A stretch of 64,000 bases of DNA, taken from the NCBI RefSeq assembly GCF_006345805.1, contig NC_043007.1, forward strand, positions 37,572,001 to 37,636,000, written 5' to 3'. Made by a program: the position numbers and the translations under genes. The notes under the pieces were generated by a model. The model did no database searches. It was not told the DNA's origin and saw nothing but the letters and a program-made list of their open reading frames with translations. The DNA comes from Octopus sinensis. Its lineage: Eukaryota. Every line of letters starts with the position of its first letter. Within the stretch, counting starts at the first letter, position 1. Shown here in pieces: positions 25,820-39,189 of this stretch.

Positions 25820-26674
25820 CTTTTTTTTTATTAACACAGGAGGAAGGGTATAATTGTAAAGTTGATTCAACAGGATTTGAACACAGAATGTAAAGAGATG
25901 CAACTAAATAGTTCAAGACATTTTAATCCAATACTATGTCACTTTGCACCAATCTGCTGTCATCGTCATCATCAAAACAACAAGCCAGCAGAGTCATTAC
26001 TATGTCAAACAAGACGCTTAGCAGCATTTCTTCTGCTTTTACAATAATAATAAGTACTAGTTGAGTACTGGGATCAATGTAACTGAGTTTCACCTCCCCA
26101 CTGTATATTACTAGCGTTGTGCCAAAATTTGAAACCATTATTATTCTGCAGAGGTCAGCTTTGCTTTTCATCCTTTTGACATTGATAAATTAAGTACCAG
26201 TTGAGCACTGGATTCCTGGATTGGTACATTTTTTTTATTGACCCTGAAAGGATGAAAGGCAAATTTGACCTTGGTAGGATTTGAACTCAGAGCACCTGAG
26301 AATCAGAACAAATGCTGCACAGCATTTTATCCAGTGCTCTAACAATTCTACAAATTCACAGCTGTTGCAACTCATGCACATGCAACTTAACTCAAGGCAC
26401 TTCAATTACCAGTCATAACCTTTTTACCATAGGCAAGAACTACAAGGATTGATAAGGAGCAAATGGAAGTAAAACTGAAAAGCTGTGACATTTAAGAGAC
26501 TTTTCCATATGAAACATTTGCTACACTAGTAAAATAACTTCAACCAAATACCTAGAACTGACCCTAAGGACAAAAATGCTATTCCTACAAAAAACAAAAA
26601 GAGCAGTGGGGAAAAATAAGGTGTTTAAAATACTACAGAAATAATTAAGGTAAAAAACAAAAAGAAATACTGAC

Positions 26675-26795
26675 CACCTGTTTTCTTGTAACACCCTCTC
26701 TTTTCTTTTTGCGCTTCTTCTCTGATGAGGTGCATAAGGTAGCGTTGCCTCTTATGGAGGGTAACCGAGAGGTACCAAAGTCCTTGTGGCAACCC
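26675..26795 (-). CDS. LRR gene coding exon 2
   Basis: Strong acceptor ttttctttccatttccttctgcag|GGG (phase 0), donor G|gtcagt (phase 1; alternative GT 3 nt upstream); GLPQGLWYLSVTLHKRQRYLMHLIREEAQKEKRGCYKKTG. Confidence 0.8.
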
Positions 26796-27127
26796 CTGCA
26801 GAAGGAAATGGAAAGAAAATGAAAAAATGTTATTAAATTGATTAATAAAATCATAAGGCATAGTTTTATGTCAAAATTTTTACTCTCCTTGCATCCTTCC
26901 CTTTGAAAGCCTGTTGTGTTCAGTTTGTTCACATGGTTACACAGATTAGACAAGCCTACAATTTGACATTCTTTCATATGTTTTGCTCATGTATACTATA
27001 TCCTAATTATATATAAACAGAAGTTTTTTTTTCTTTTTTTGAAGGTCAGATATCCATACTATTATGACTGATATTACGACTAAATAAATGAACAAAGGCT
27101 TATTATTCATCAAAACACAATTATAGG

Positions 27128-27175
<48 letters not shown>

Positions 27176-27180
<5 letters not shown>

Positions 27181-27454
27181 TATAATTACAAACATAATTA
27201 TAATTAGGGGTCAGCTAATTGCTTCACCACATACCGAATTTAGAAATAGGAGAAATAGTAGAAAAGGAATTTTTTAACTCCTATTTCTTAATTCGGTATG
27301 TGATGAAGCAATTAGCTGAGACCCCTAATTATAATTATGTTTATAATTATAGAATATTGGTGCAATTTTACCTAAAAAGGTTATTTTAACGTACCGATCT
27401 ACTTGGTAAAATTATTAATTGATTAATTAATTAATTTTACCCTTTTATTGTTGA
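27176..27454. repeat. (TA)n-embedded hairpin element (arms 27176-27252 and 27278-27356) plus conserved tail
   Basis: tattctataattacaaacataattataattaggggtcagctaattgcttcaccacataccgaatttagaaataggag is mirrored after a 25-nt loop; tail shared with 44153-44201. Confidence 0.85.
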
Positions 27455-27642
27455 TATATATATATATATCTTTTGGATGAAAAGTAAAGGGTAACACACA
27501 AATTTGAGACACCAGGTTAACTGGTATGACAGAAATGGTAAAAGTGAAGAGGATGTGATAATTATGAAGAAGTGATCTATATTTTTATGCTAGTATGTGT
27601 TTAGGTACATGTATATTTCTCTTTCTCTCTCTCTCTCTCTGT

Positions 27643-27680
<38 letters not shown>

Positions 27681-28164
27681 GCGTGTGCGTGTGTGTGTTA
27701 AGCAAAGGGTTATGAATGTACAGAGCAGAATGATTTGTCCTGTTTTTTTTTTGCACTGAGTTTGCATCCTGCCAAGGTCAACTTTGTCTTTCATCTCTTT
27801 GAAATGGAGCAAAAAAAAACAATCCAGTAGTGGAGTCAATTCATCTCTCTCTCTCTGTAATAGTGATGATGATGAGGAGGAGGAGGAGGAAATTGGCTGT
27901 ATTTAAATCTGGAGAGGAACAGGCTTCACTAGGTTTAAATGCCCAAAACATGTATGAGACAATGGTATATATACAATGATTGCACCAAGAGCTGGGAGCT
28001 CAAGGATTGAAGTAAGGGAGATTGTATTTTCTACGATAACGTAAACCACAGTGAACTCGGAAAAACACCACAACCACCAACAGCATACATGCCACATGGC
28101 CAAACATTACGTACAGCAACATGCACAACATGGCTCTATATCGGAAAGAAATTTTGTCAGACAT

Positions 28165-28390
28165 GTCAGTGTGGTTAAGGAGCTCATTTTGCAATCACAT
28201 GGTTTCACATTCAGTCCCGCTGGGGAGCACTTTGGGCAATTGTGTTCTACTAAAGCCCCAAGCCAACAAATGCCTTGTGAGAGAATACAGTCGACCTAAA
28301 CTGTGTGGGAACCCATCATGTGTGTGCGCGTGCATGTGTGTGTATCCTTGTGCTTGTGTTTGTCCCCTCCACCTCACTGCTTGATAACTG
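28165..28390 (+). mobile_element. SINE family A, 5' part, degenerate
   Basis: gtgtggttaagg...cacatggtt...ttcagtccc...gggcaa...tgtcccctccacc..cttgataactgg. Confidence 0.65.
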
Positions 28391-29996
28391 GGGTTGATTT
28401 GTTCAACTAAAGCCTTCAAGGCACTACTAGACACAGCAGCACAACTACACACATAAGATCCTCTCATGTCTACATCATATGACTCAAAATCCACTCATTA
28501 TTACTGTCAAACTCCTCTGTGATATCAAATATTTTGTGTTCACTGAATGAAAGTAACTTTTGTGAACAGAATGTGAACCACTAGCAACCACCACATGGCT
28601 TTTTAGCATTTAAATCCAAAAATACACCATTCTAGAGACATGAAAATCATGGAAATTCTGCAAGTATCTCTAGTGATATGTTGGCACATTAACATTCAAT
28701 AATCAGCCAATAGGAGAATGCCTTACACTGAGTTACAGCAAAAATGACCAAAATGTCACCCTGCCTGTGTACTATTGGCAACCAAAACATCATTTTCCCT
28801 GCAAAAAGGTTAACAGTTTCTATATAGACATTAACCAGCAACAAACAACTTCCTCAAATTACACCCTTCCATTGTAAATAAAGCATAAATTGGACCACGT
28901 ATTTCCTGATATTCAAAATAACTGCATCTTCATGGCAAGAATATCTTTAATCAAAGGTCTACTTGATCAAGGTTGGCTTGGGACTAAACAATAACTAAAT
29001 TAACAGGGACTAATAGATAGACGGTTATAAAAGTAATGTTGGGATATCACTAATTTACCACTCAGGTAAGTGTGACTATAAAAGTGCTGTGGTACCCCTA
29101 GCATGGTAGGTGTAGCTATAACAGGGAAAGAGGAGCTATAAAAAATGCTGGAGTAGTGTCAACATGGTAAGTGGGAGCTATGAGGACAGAAAATGGGCTC
29201 AGAGTGACAAAAACAAAGATGGAATGATGATGTCAAGAAGTGGCAGAGTGTACGACTAGTACAAGATCATGGTGTGTGGCAAGGAATGGTGGTAGTATCT
29301 AAGATCCTTAACCATAAGAATGTGCATATTTACTTATTCATTCAATGCAACCTTACTCCAGACAACCCAACCACAATGGGCATCATTTAGTAACATCCAC
29401 ACTTATTTTGGTTGCTCTAAGTTCCAAGTTCAAATCACACAAGAGTTAGCTTTGCATTTCACCCTCCTCCAGTTATAAGTACTAATATTATACTGGTGCC
29501 AATTCAATCAACTCTTTTCTGTCTCCCTGTAAAAACTGACATTATTCATAATCAAAAAATAACAGGCCCTTTTTGAAAGCTGAGAACCAGCAAGTTGCTT
29601 GCATTTTAACTCGATGTATCACTGAATCTTATTTTGCCAACAAAGCCAACACCCAAATGGGATTCCAACAGAAGAACCATGAGATTCCAACAGAAAAAGA
29701 ACCATAAAACACCAAAATAGATGCTATAAAATAACTGTTTCCACCAAACCCCACAACTTTTCTATTACTAATAATAATGCTTTAAAATAGAATTTCCTTA
29801 GTCACTGAAACTGCTCAAAATAGCAACCAAATGCTCCTCCATAAACTGCCATTCATCTTTAAAATACAAGACTGTAAGGCAATAAGAGAATTGGTGTAAC
29901 CAAGTCAATAATGTTGTGACTAAAGTTCCCTAAAATGTTCTGTAAGTCAATTGAAAATTTATTACTATCCCCAGTAAGTTGAGCAACCCTATAGAA

Positions 29997-30256
29997 CAAT
30001 GGCTCTCAACCGGGGTCCATATGGCCCCAGGGAGGAGGTGGGGGACATCAGATTTTGTTGTTAAAATTTATCTGCAATTAACTGGTTATACTTCTGCAGT
30101 ATACAATATTTTAACAATTTTTTTTATATAATTCCTAATAATATTTAATTATAAAAATATAATAGAACTTTTTAAACATTGAATGGTTAGCAGAGCCCAT
30201 CCAAGTAAAATAGGAATCAATGGGGTCCATAGGTAAAATGTAGTTGAGAAACACTG
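29997..30256. mobile_element. hAT-type MITE with 8-bp TSD
   Basis: TIRs caatggctctcaac / gttgagaaacactg; flanks ctatagaa (29989-29996) and ctatagag (30257-30264). Confidence 0.85.
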
Positions 30257-31421
30257 CTATAGAGTCTTCATGTTACAGAGTGTATCTCAGGTAAGCCAAT
30301 CTGGTGGCACTCACACATCTGCATGTTACAACTAACAGCAGTGAACTGTACCATCACATGGTATCAACTATAGGTAAGCTGACCCATTATAATTGTCTGC
30401 TATTGTTGCTGTTTAGAGCCAGTTTAGCCCCAATCCAGCAGACTTCTGATCAAATGCATTCCAACCATGACCACCCTATCTTTTATTAAATGACTACACA
30501 GCCAGTGCCATCTTAAAGCATGGACACAGTAGGCTGTTGCTTGGGGACCTCATAGCCCCTATGCTGTGGTTTCTACCATTATATATAGTTACTAATGGTT
30601 AAAATGGCCTATAGTACAACATTATCTAATGTGTCATTTTCCAAGATTGTAGGGTATATCATCATCATCATCCTTTAAAGTTCGTTTTCCATGCTAGCAT
30701 GGATTGAACCATTTGACCAAAGTTGGCAGGCAGGAGAGCCGCAACAGGTTCCAGTTTGTGTTGGTATAATTTCTATGGCTGGATGCCCTTCCTATTTCCA
30801 ACCAATCTACAGTGCGTGCTGGATGCCCTTCTTAATGCCAACCATTCTACAGTGTGAGCTGAATGCTTTTAATGTAGCAGTGGCTTAATAGCGCAGGAGA
30901 AGTATAATTTAAGAAATTTGGCAGCTATTTCTAGTACAGTGAATAACTACATAGAAGCTCTCACATCGGTTTATTTGGTTAATAATAACCAGCTTGCAGA
31001 CACTGTAGGTTTATTTGGAAATACAAACCTCAAACCCTTTGGAGATCAGCCATCAACAGCTGTAACTCTTCCACATGAAAAAACCAGGCCTTGAATATTG
31101 AAAACCTGACAAGACCACCCAAGAAACCGACAAACTATTTCCCTAGCGTACTTATTCCATAATAAGGTCGACTGACAGGTATGGTGAAAGTCAAGTATCT
31201 GTCAAGAGGCAAGCAGGTGTATTTCACAAAGTATATTTCTACTACACAGAACAACTATTAGGGATATTTAGAACAGGAGTTAGCCTCCTGAAAGCATTTC
31301 TATTTTATTAGGCAACAACATACTCCAATACATCACATAACACCATTACATACCTTCTAGAAAGAAAGAGGAAAAAATGAGAGCATTAAAAAAAAAAAAT
31401 TTAAACCCAGCACACACTGTG

Positions 31422-31462
<41 letters not shown>

Positions 31463-32092
31463 AATATACTCATACACATATAAGGGTACTTGGAGTACAT
31501 CTCCTTCTCTATGTATGTTTGGTTTAATGCATAACTGAAATCTATCAGCCTGTGTGTGTGTGTGGAGAGAGAAAGAAAGAGGGGATTTAAATATATCAAA
31601 ACATCAACACACACACGTGCATGTACACACACATGCCTGATGAAAGGATGTACTGGTGTAAAAAAAATAAGACAAAAAATAAAAAATAAACAGAAATCTG
31701 TCAGCTGTTTTGTTTTTGGGGAGTTTTTTTTCTTTTTGAAACAAGATACGTTCTTTAAATAAAATAATAATATAAAAGAAATGATATCCTTCTACAGAAG
31801 GTGCCAGATTACAACTTTTTATTTATTTATTTATCGCTAAATATATTGGAGGCGTGTAAAAAAAAAATCTATGAGTCACCTGATAAGGGTTATTTATTAT
31901 ACTACAAAGTCATAGAAATATACAAGGGTTACTTCTTGTATGTTTTGTGCCATCAAAAATGAAAGCTGAAAATGATTTTTAACCCTTTTTTTTACCATAT
32001 TTCAATTGAAACACACTGCCTTTGTTTCAATGAATTAGAAAAATAATGAAGAATTCAGTAAAATAATTTTGTCATTAAGCTGGTGTTTGATA

Positions 32093-32407
32093 GTGTGTGG
32101 CTTAGTGGTTAGGGTATCTGATTAGATATAAGGTCATGAGTTCAATCCCCAGCAGTGCATTGTGTCGTTGAGCAAGACACTTTATTTCCCGTTGCTCCAG
32201 TTCACTCAGCTAGCAAAAATGAGTTGTATCTGTATTTCAAAGGACCAGCCTTGGCACATTCTGTGTCACGCTGAATCTCCTGATAAACTATCTTAAAGCA
32301 TACACATGTCTGTGGAGTGCTCAACCACTTGTATGTTAATTTCACAAGCGAACTGTTCCATTGATCAGATTAACTGCAAGCCTTGTTGTCATAACAGACA
32401 GAGTGTC
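32093..32407 (+). mobile_element. tRNA-headed SINE, family C, with TSD of about 14 bp
   Basis: Head gtgtgtggcttagtggttagg...gagttcaatccc; flanks aagctggtgtttga (32077-32090) and aagttggtgtttgg (32408-32421). Confidence 0.75.
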
Positions 32408-32591
32408 AAGTTGGTGTTTGGGACATAAACTGGCATGCAATTTTGTGAGGAGTTTTTAGTTTAGACCACTTTAAAATGGGAAGTTTGTATTTTAGGACTA
32501 GGACATTTCTAATAAGGTTGGTATCAAAAGGGTTAATAAAAGTATCGACAAAACAAACTTTTCATATTTGATATAGACCTGCTTAGTATGA

Positions 32592-32962
32592 TTCTCTTTT
32601 ACTTGTTTCAGTCAGTTGACTGTGGCCATACTGGATCACTGCCTTTAGTCAAACAAATCGACCCCAGGACATTTTCTTTGTAAAGCCTAGTACTTATTCT
32701 ATCGGTCTCTTATGCCAAACCGCTAAGTTATGGGGACGTAAACACACCAGTATCGGTTGTCAAGCGAGGTTGGGGGACGAACACAGACACACAAACATAC
32801 ATATATACAACGGGCTTCTTTCAGTTTCCGTCTACCAAATCCACTCACAAAGCTTTGGTCGACCCGAGGCTATAGTAGAAGACACTTGCCCAAGGTGCCA
32901 CGCAGCGGGACTAAACCTGGAACCATGTGGTTCATAAGCAAGCTACTTACCAGACAGCCACT
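32592..32962 (-). mobile_element. SINE family A, full length
   Basis: Reverse complement of 48861-49265; retains many CpGs. Confidence 0.88.
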
Positions 32963-33189
32963 AAAGTTTTTATTCAAAATTCTTTGAAGGATAGATTCAA
33001 AGAAAATTAAACATGAGGAATAGTTTTATATAAATTGTTTTCATTTTCTATTGAGGTTAAAACAATGAAAACTTCTTTATTGAAGATTTCTCCAAGTATT
33101 ATTTCATCAAATCACTGGTGAACCTTTACCATAAAAATGGAAATGATTCACACACATATATTGGTCTCAAATATATGTAATTTCAAGGG

Positions 33190-35920
33190 AGGGGGTAAAT
33201 CAATAACAAGAACCCCAGTGCCCAAACTGGTACTTGTTTTATCAACCCTGAAAGGATGAAATACAAAGTTGGCTTCAGCAGAATTTAAAGTCAGAATGTA
33301 AAGTTGCATGAAATGTCGCTAAGTATTTTGCCTGGAGTGTAAACAATTCTGCTAGCTCATCCCCTACATTCACACATATATTAATTTCAAATTTTGGCAA
33401 AAAGCTAGCAATCTAGGGACACAAATTAAGTCAATTACATCGAGTCCAGGGCTTAGCTAGTACTTATTGTTTTGACCCAAAAAAGGATGAAAGGCAAAGT
33501 TGACCCTAGTAGAATTTGAACTCAGAATGTAAGGACAGGCAAAATGCTACTGAGCATTTTGCCAGGCGTGCTAATGATTTTGCCAGCTCAAAGAATTCAC
33601 ACATATGAAATTTACTTATCTTCATGACTTAGATCAAGAAATGTGGGGAAATAAAAAAAATCTGTGGAGTTTACTGCTAATAGTTTTATTACCTTGGTTC
33701 ATATTACTACAGGTGTTAAACATTATTTATATTTTCAAAATAAACAATAAACAGAATAAAATTATGAAACTAAGAAAAACATGATTTCCTATGTAATTTG
33801 GTGAAAGCAGTGAGTACAGCTAGTTTGAACAAACAACAATAACGACAACAGCTTTACAACAGACCTTTCTAATGTGAAGCAGTTAAACAGCTGCATAAGT
33901 CTATATCTTCAATGTTTTGTTAGAGAGAATAAATAAATCCTGAGAACTTCTTGTCAATGTTGCAGAGAACTGGCAGTCACACCTTTTTACTGTGTTGTAA
34001 GGCAGCGAGCTGGCAGAAACATTAGCACGCCAGGCAAAATGCCTAGCAGTATTTCATCTGCCGCTACGTTCTGAGTTCAAATTCTGCTGAAGTCGACTTT
34101 GCCTTTTGGGGTCAATTAAATAAGTACCAGTTATGCACTGGGGTCGATGTAATCGGCTTAATACCTATGTCTGTCCTTGTTTGTCCTCTCTATGTTTAGC
34201 TCCTTGTGGGTAATAAAGAAATAGGTATTTCGTCTGCTGCTACATTCTGAGTTCAGTTCAAATTCCGCCGAGGACGACTTTGCCTTTCATCCTTTCAGGA
34301 TCGATTAAATAAGTACCAGTTACGCACTGGGGTCGATATAATCGTCTTAATCCGTTTGTCTGTCCTTGTTTGGCCTCTGTGTTTAGCCCCTTGTGGGTAG
34401 TAAAGAAATAGGTATTTCGTTTGTCTGAGTTCAAATTCTGCTAAGGTCAACTTGGCCTTTCATCCTTTTGGGGTCAATAAATTAAGTATCAGTTGCATAT
34501 TAGGGATGATCTAATTTACTGTCTCCCTCCTCAAAAATTTCAGGCTTAGTGCCTAGAGTAGAAAAGATTTTTACTGTGTTGTTATTAGAGTGGTGAGCAG
34601 GCAGAATTGTTAACACACAGAAAAGAAAATGCTTTGTGGCATTTCATCAAGAGTTCAAATGCTGCTGAGGGTGACTTTGCCTTTCATGCTTTCAGGGTCA
34701 ATAAATTAAGTACCAGTTGAACAGTGAGGTTGATGCAAACAACTACCCCAACCTCAAAATTTCAGGCCTTGTGCCTATTGCTGAAAAGATTATTATTTTT
34801 ATTCTTATAATTAAGGCAACAAGATGGCAGAATCATTAGAATGCCAGACAAAATGCATTGCAGAATTTCTTACAGTTTTATGTTCTCACTTCAAATTCAG
34901 CTAAGGTCAACTTTGCCTTTTGTCCTTTTGGAGTCAATAAAATAAGTACCAGTTGAACACTGGGGTCAATGTATCAACTATTCCTCTGCTACCAAATTTC
35001 TTGCCTTGTGCCAATAGTAGAAAGAATTATTATTATTATTACTATTAGTATTAGTATTATCATTATTAGTGCAGCAAGCTGCAGAATTCTTAGAATGTGA
35101 GACAAAATACTTAGCAGTATTTCTAACAGGATTTTTGCATTTTGAATTCAAACCCTGCTGAGGTCAGCTTTGCTTTTCATTCCTTCAGGAGTTGATAAAA
35201 ATACTGGGATCAATATAAATGATTATCCCCCTCTCATTAAAATTGCTGGGCTTCTGCCTTTTGATTTTAAGTCCAGAATTAAATTTTGCTAAGGTCAACT
35301 TTACCTTTTATCCTTTCACGGGGTCAATAAAATATGTACCAGTTGTGCACTGAAGGTGATGTAAACAACTTGCCCCATCCCTTAAAATTTCAACCCTTGT
35401 GCCAAGGGTAAAAAAAAAACTTATTATTATTATTATTATTAAGGTAGCAAGCTGGCAGAATTTTAGCACATCAGACAAAAAGGCTTAGTGACATTTCTTC
35501 CAGCTTTATGTTCTGAGCTCAAACACTGCCAAAGTCAACGTTCACCTTTCATCCCTTTCAGGATCAGTAATATAAATGACAATTGAGCACAGGGGTTGAC
35601 GTAATCAACTTGCCCCTTCCCACCATAAACTTTTCAGACCTTGTGCCTATAGTAGAAAAAAATTATTTTTCTTATTCTTCTTATTATTATTACTATTATT
35701 AGGCAGCGAGCTGGCAGAATTGTTAGCACACTGGGTGAAATGCTTAGTGGTATTTCGTTTGCCACTACATTCTGAATTCAAATTCCACTGAGGTTGACTT
35801 TGCCTTTCATCCTTTTGGGGTTGATAAGCTAAGAAAGTACCAGTGAAACACTGGGGTTGATGTACCTCACTAGTCCCCTTCCCCCAAATTTCAGGCCTTG
35901 TACCTTTAGTAGAAAGGATT
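33190..35920. mobile_element. SINE-B pile-up: two - copies followed by a head-to-tail + array
   Basis: - copies at about 33190-33360 and 33385-33590; + heads at about 34000 (three tandem cores), 34590, 34813, 35070, 35441 and 35701, plus a headless core at about 35265; spacers are (ATT)n. Confidence 0.85.
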
Positions 35921-36175
35921 ATTATTATTATTATCATTATTATTATTATTGCTATTATTATATAGACAAACTGTAGAAAAAGTATCAATGGACATGCTTG
36001 GCATGAAACAAATTAGTAAAACCAATGCTAACATATTGAAACAAGCTAAAACATTTTATTCATTTAACTTTACAATAGAGGTGAGGAGAAAGAATCTTCA
36101 TCTTAAAGATCAATTCTGGTCAAATAAAGCAAGGGAGATAACCCCAAAATTTTAATTAATTAAAAACAGAATGTT

Positions 36176-36537
36176 AACAAGAGCACTCAGAGAGTGCAAA
36201 CCTCCGCTAAGGCAAAACCAACGACCTCTCAACGATTAGCTGGAGATGATTTTTAAAATGAGAATATCTGAAATAAACTCAACTGCTTTCACAAACAAGA
36301 ATACTAAAAATGAACCTGACCACTCTCAAAAATAAAGTTTTAAAAAAATGGAAAAATAATCCAGAATCCTTGTCCAGTATGGCAAAATTTAATCAGTTCG
36401 TGCCAGTCACGAGCAAAACATCCCTGAAAGTTTCATCTGAAACCATCCATCGGTCCTTGAGATATCTTGTCCACAGACAAACAAACAAACATGACTAAAA
36501 ACAATACCTCCACCGTCGCTAAGGCGGAGGTAATAAA
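36176..36537 (+). mobile_element. Helentron-associated (HINE/DINE-1-like) non-autonomous element
   Basis: Begins aacaagagcactcagagagtgcaaacctccgctaaggc; ends with stem-loop cctccaccgtcgctaaggcggagg-taataa, giving subterminal inverted repeats cctccgc/gcggagg. Confidence 0.6.
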
Positions 36538-38376
36538 TTGTTGGATGTGAGAGTCTGATTTGGGACCACAAGGTTTTAGAGTCAGTACACAACACCAACT
36601 CCAACTTTGACTGAGTCATTAATTTAAAGTACCACTAATTTTGATTCCTACTTCCAAGGACATTAATTGTATATTTTATATATTAACAGAAAGCACATAC
36701 AAAGCCAAAGTGAATCATATTATTTACTAAAGCAAAATACCACAGATTTGTAAGAAACCTTAGTTTAACCCAATAATGCCTAAATTGCTAATATGCAGCA
36801 AAAAACAAACAAATATATATATATAACTGTAAGTTTAAAAGCATAACCAATAAAGCTACAACAACCAGATGTTATAATTGCTTGCAAACAATAACAGCAT
36901 TCTAACAAAGAATTGTGAAGCTTTCCATTTTGTCCTTTCTTTCTATAAGAGCATTATACTTGAAGCATGAAGAAATCATTAACAAAGGATTAATAATTAA
37001 AAGGGTTGTTATAGGACTCAGTTCAACCAGCTGCGAAGAATACACATCACATCTTCTGGGAAATCTACCAGCCTTAGACAGGTGTGTTCTCCACTCAGCT
37101 TAAGCATTTCCTGCATGTGTACCTGTATACCTGTAGCATTTATCAGAAGCTGAATCCATGGTTAAGACATGTAGATTCAAGTTGGTTCAGACTACCCACA
37201 TCTAAATAGAAATTATTCATAAGACATGAGGAGCTTTTAAGGAGTAGTGCTTCATTTATAGCAAGTGGATAAGATGCTAGTCTATATCAGAAAATATTCC
37301 CAGATAGACATAGCTGTGTGGTTGAGAGGTGTACATTCCAACAACATAGTCATGGGTTCAACTCATCTGCATGGCACCTTAGATTAAATGTCTTTTTCTA
37401 TAGCCCCAGGCTAATCAAAACCTTGTGGATGGATTTGTGTGTTCTTTGTTACTGTCTTCTTGTTTTGTCACTGCTTGCTAGTTGTAAATGAGCATCACCA
37501 TCATACAAGGGATGTCTTTCATTTCCTTTCCAATCTTTTGTAAAAAAAAAAGCATGTCTGGCTATGAGGAAATATTACCTTACTTGGAAGCACAGGGGTA
37601 TTGCCAACAGGAAGGACATCCGGCCATTGAAAATCAGTCACAATGAATTCTGTCCAACCCATATGAGCATGGAAAAGTGGACATTAAAACAAGGATGATG
37701 GTGATGATAATGATAGTCTTATGCCTATTTCCAACATCTACACAGACATAGTGCAGTAGAATTGAAGTGTATTATTCAAAATCCAAAACCTCTAAACCTT
37801 ATTATTTTGTTCTTATACATAGCCAAAAGACAAAGTGGGAGCAGTGTCCATGACCTTTGCAGACTCTTCTTTTCATTTATCCCTGCAACTATAGTAAGCA
37901 GGACAAAGCATCACATGACACACACACCCTCATATCTGCATCCTCAATCACAAAGAATCTAATAAAATCAATGTGTTTTTTAAGGTTTACTACTTAGCTA
38001 CAATCTCAGTGTTAAGTAGATGAAAGATAAATCACTTTGGCAACAGAGCCCCAGTTTTACCCAAATAACTTTCCCAAATAATCCAATACCTGTTCCTAAT
38101 AAGTTGTAGAATTAACTGTATTACTCAGGTACAGGACTGTGGCGTCAGTACACAGAAGTGACTCTGACTCATCATTTCATAGTACCACCAACTCTGACTT
38201 ACAAGTAGATCAATTGGCCGAGTCATTAGAGAGCCAGTTAGAATGCAAGCTTTGTGGTATACAGCCCAGCTCTCTGTGCTTTGAGCTACTGAAGTCAACT
38301 TAGCTTTTTATTCATTTAGGATCAATAAAGTACCAGTGAAACATAGGAGTTAATTTCTCTCGCTCTCTCTTACCCT

Positions 38377-38407
<31 letters not shown>

Positions 38408-38814
38408 ATTCATACACTTTCTCTTTGGAAGAAATCAGCTGTGTTAAGTCCTGGCGAGATATGTGGCCCACCACATTTTTAAATGCTGGAAACACACCGT
38501 TATGTTACAACATCCCTATAACTCCATCACGATTTGATGGACACACAACTCCCAGCTCCAACTTCTTGTTTATTAAAGAAGTTACCAACAATTAAGCAAT
38601 ATGTAAAACAAAATAAACTATACAAATACAACAATAGAATCAGGAACATCTTTCATTACCAGTTCTGATTGATTGCAAAGATAAAAAAGAGACTGGACAC
38701 CCAAAGCAATTTAACAAATGACCATTTTGAAAGAAATAAACTCAATAAGATATATAACCCTTCTTTTCATCATCCTCATCAATATTTAACATCCACAAAA
38801 AGCACCAACTTGAT

Positions 38815-39036
38815 TGTGGCCGTTTGCCAGCCTCCTCTGGCCCCTGTGCGGTGGCACGTAAAAAGCACCCACTACACTCACGGAGTGGTTGGCGTTAGGA
38901 AGGGCATCCAGCTGTAGAAACACTGCCAGATCAAACTGGAGCCTGGTGCAGCCTCCTGGCTTTCCAGACCCCAATTGAACCGTCCAACCCATGCTAGCAT
39001 GGAGAACGGACGTTAAATGATGATGATGATGATGAT
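38815..39036 (+). mobile_element. Interspersed repeat family D with (GAT)n tail
   Basis: gtggcacgtaaaaagcacccactacactcacggagtggttggcgttaggaagggcatccagctg...ggacgttaaatgatgatgat. Confidence 0.85.
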
Positions 39037-39189
39037 TTCATACTGGCATGGGTTTGATTAACATTCTATTGTAATTAAAACTGTTGGTTATAAAATTTAA
39101 TGCAACATGAAATATAAATTATACTGCAAAAGATTGATCCCTCTACCTCTATAAAATCTATCAAAGAAACATTCTATCTCTGGAAGAAA

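Noticed and set aside
27855-27905. + strand acidic run DDDEEEEEE after an AG
   Set aside because: Trinucleotide repeat followed by a stop within five codons
33690-33704. Possible 14-nt microexon ctgtag|TAATATGAACCAAG|gtaata
   Set aside because: Wrong phase for exon 2 (leads to a stop) and weak pyrimidine tract
33190-35920. Regularly spaced repeats superficially like a CRISPR array
   Set aside because: Units are about 200-bp tRNA-headed SINEs with ATT tails in a eukaryotic intron; no cas genes or unique spacers
36999-37116. - strand peptide RLVDFPEDVMCILRSWLN resembling an F-box
   Set aside because: Ends in a stop with no donor; short and probably chance
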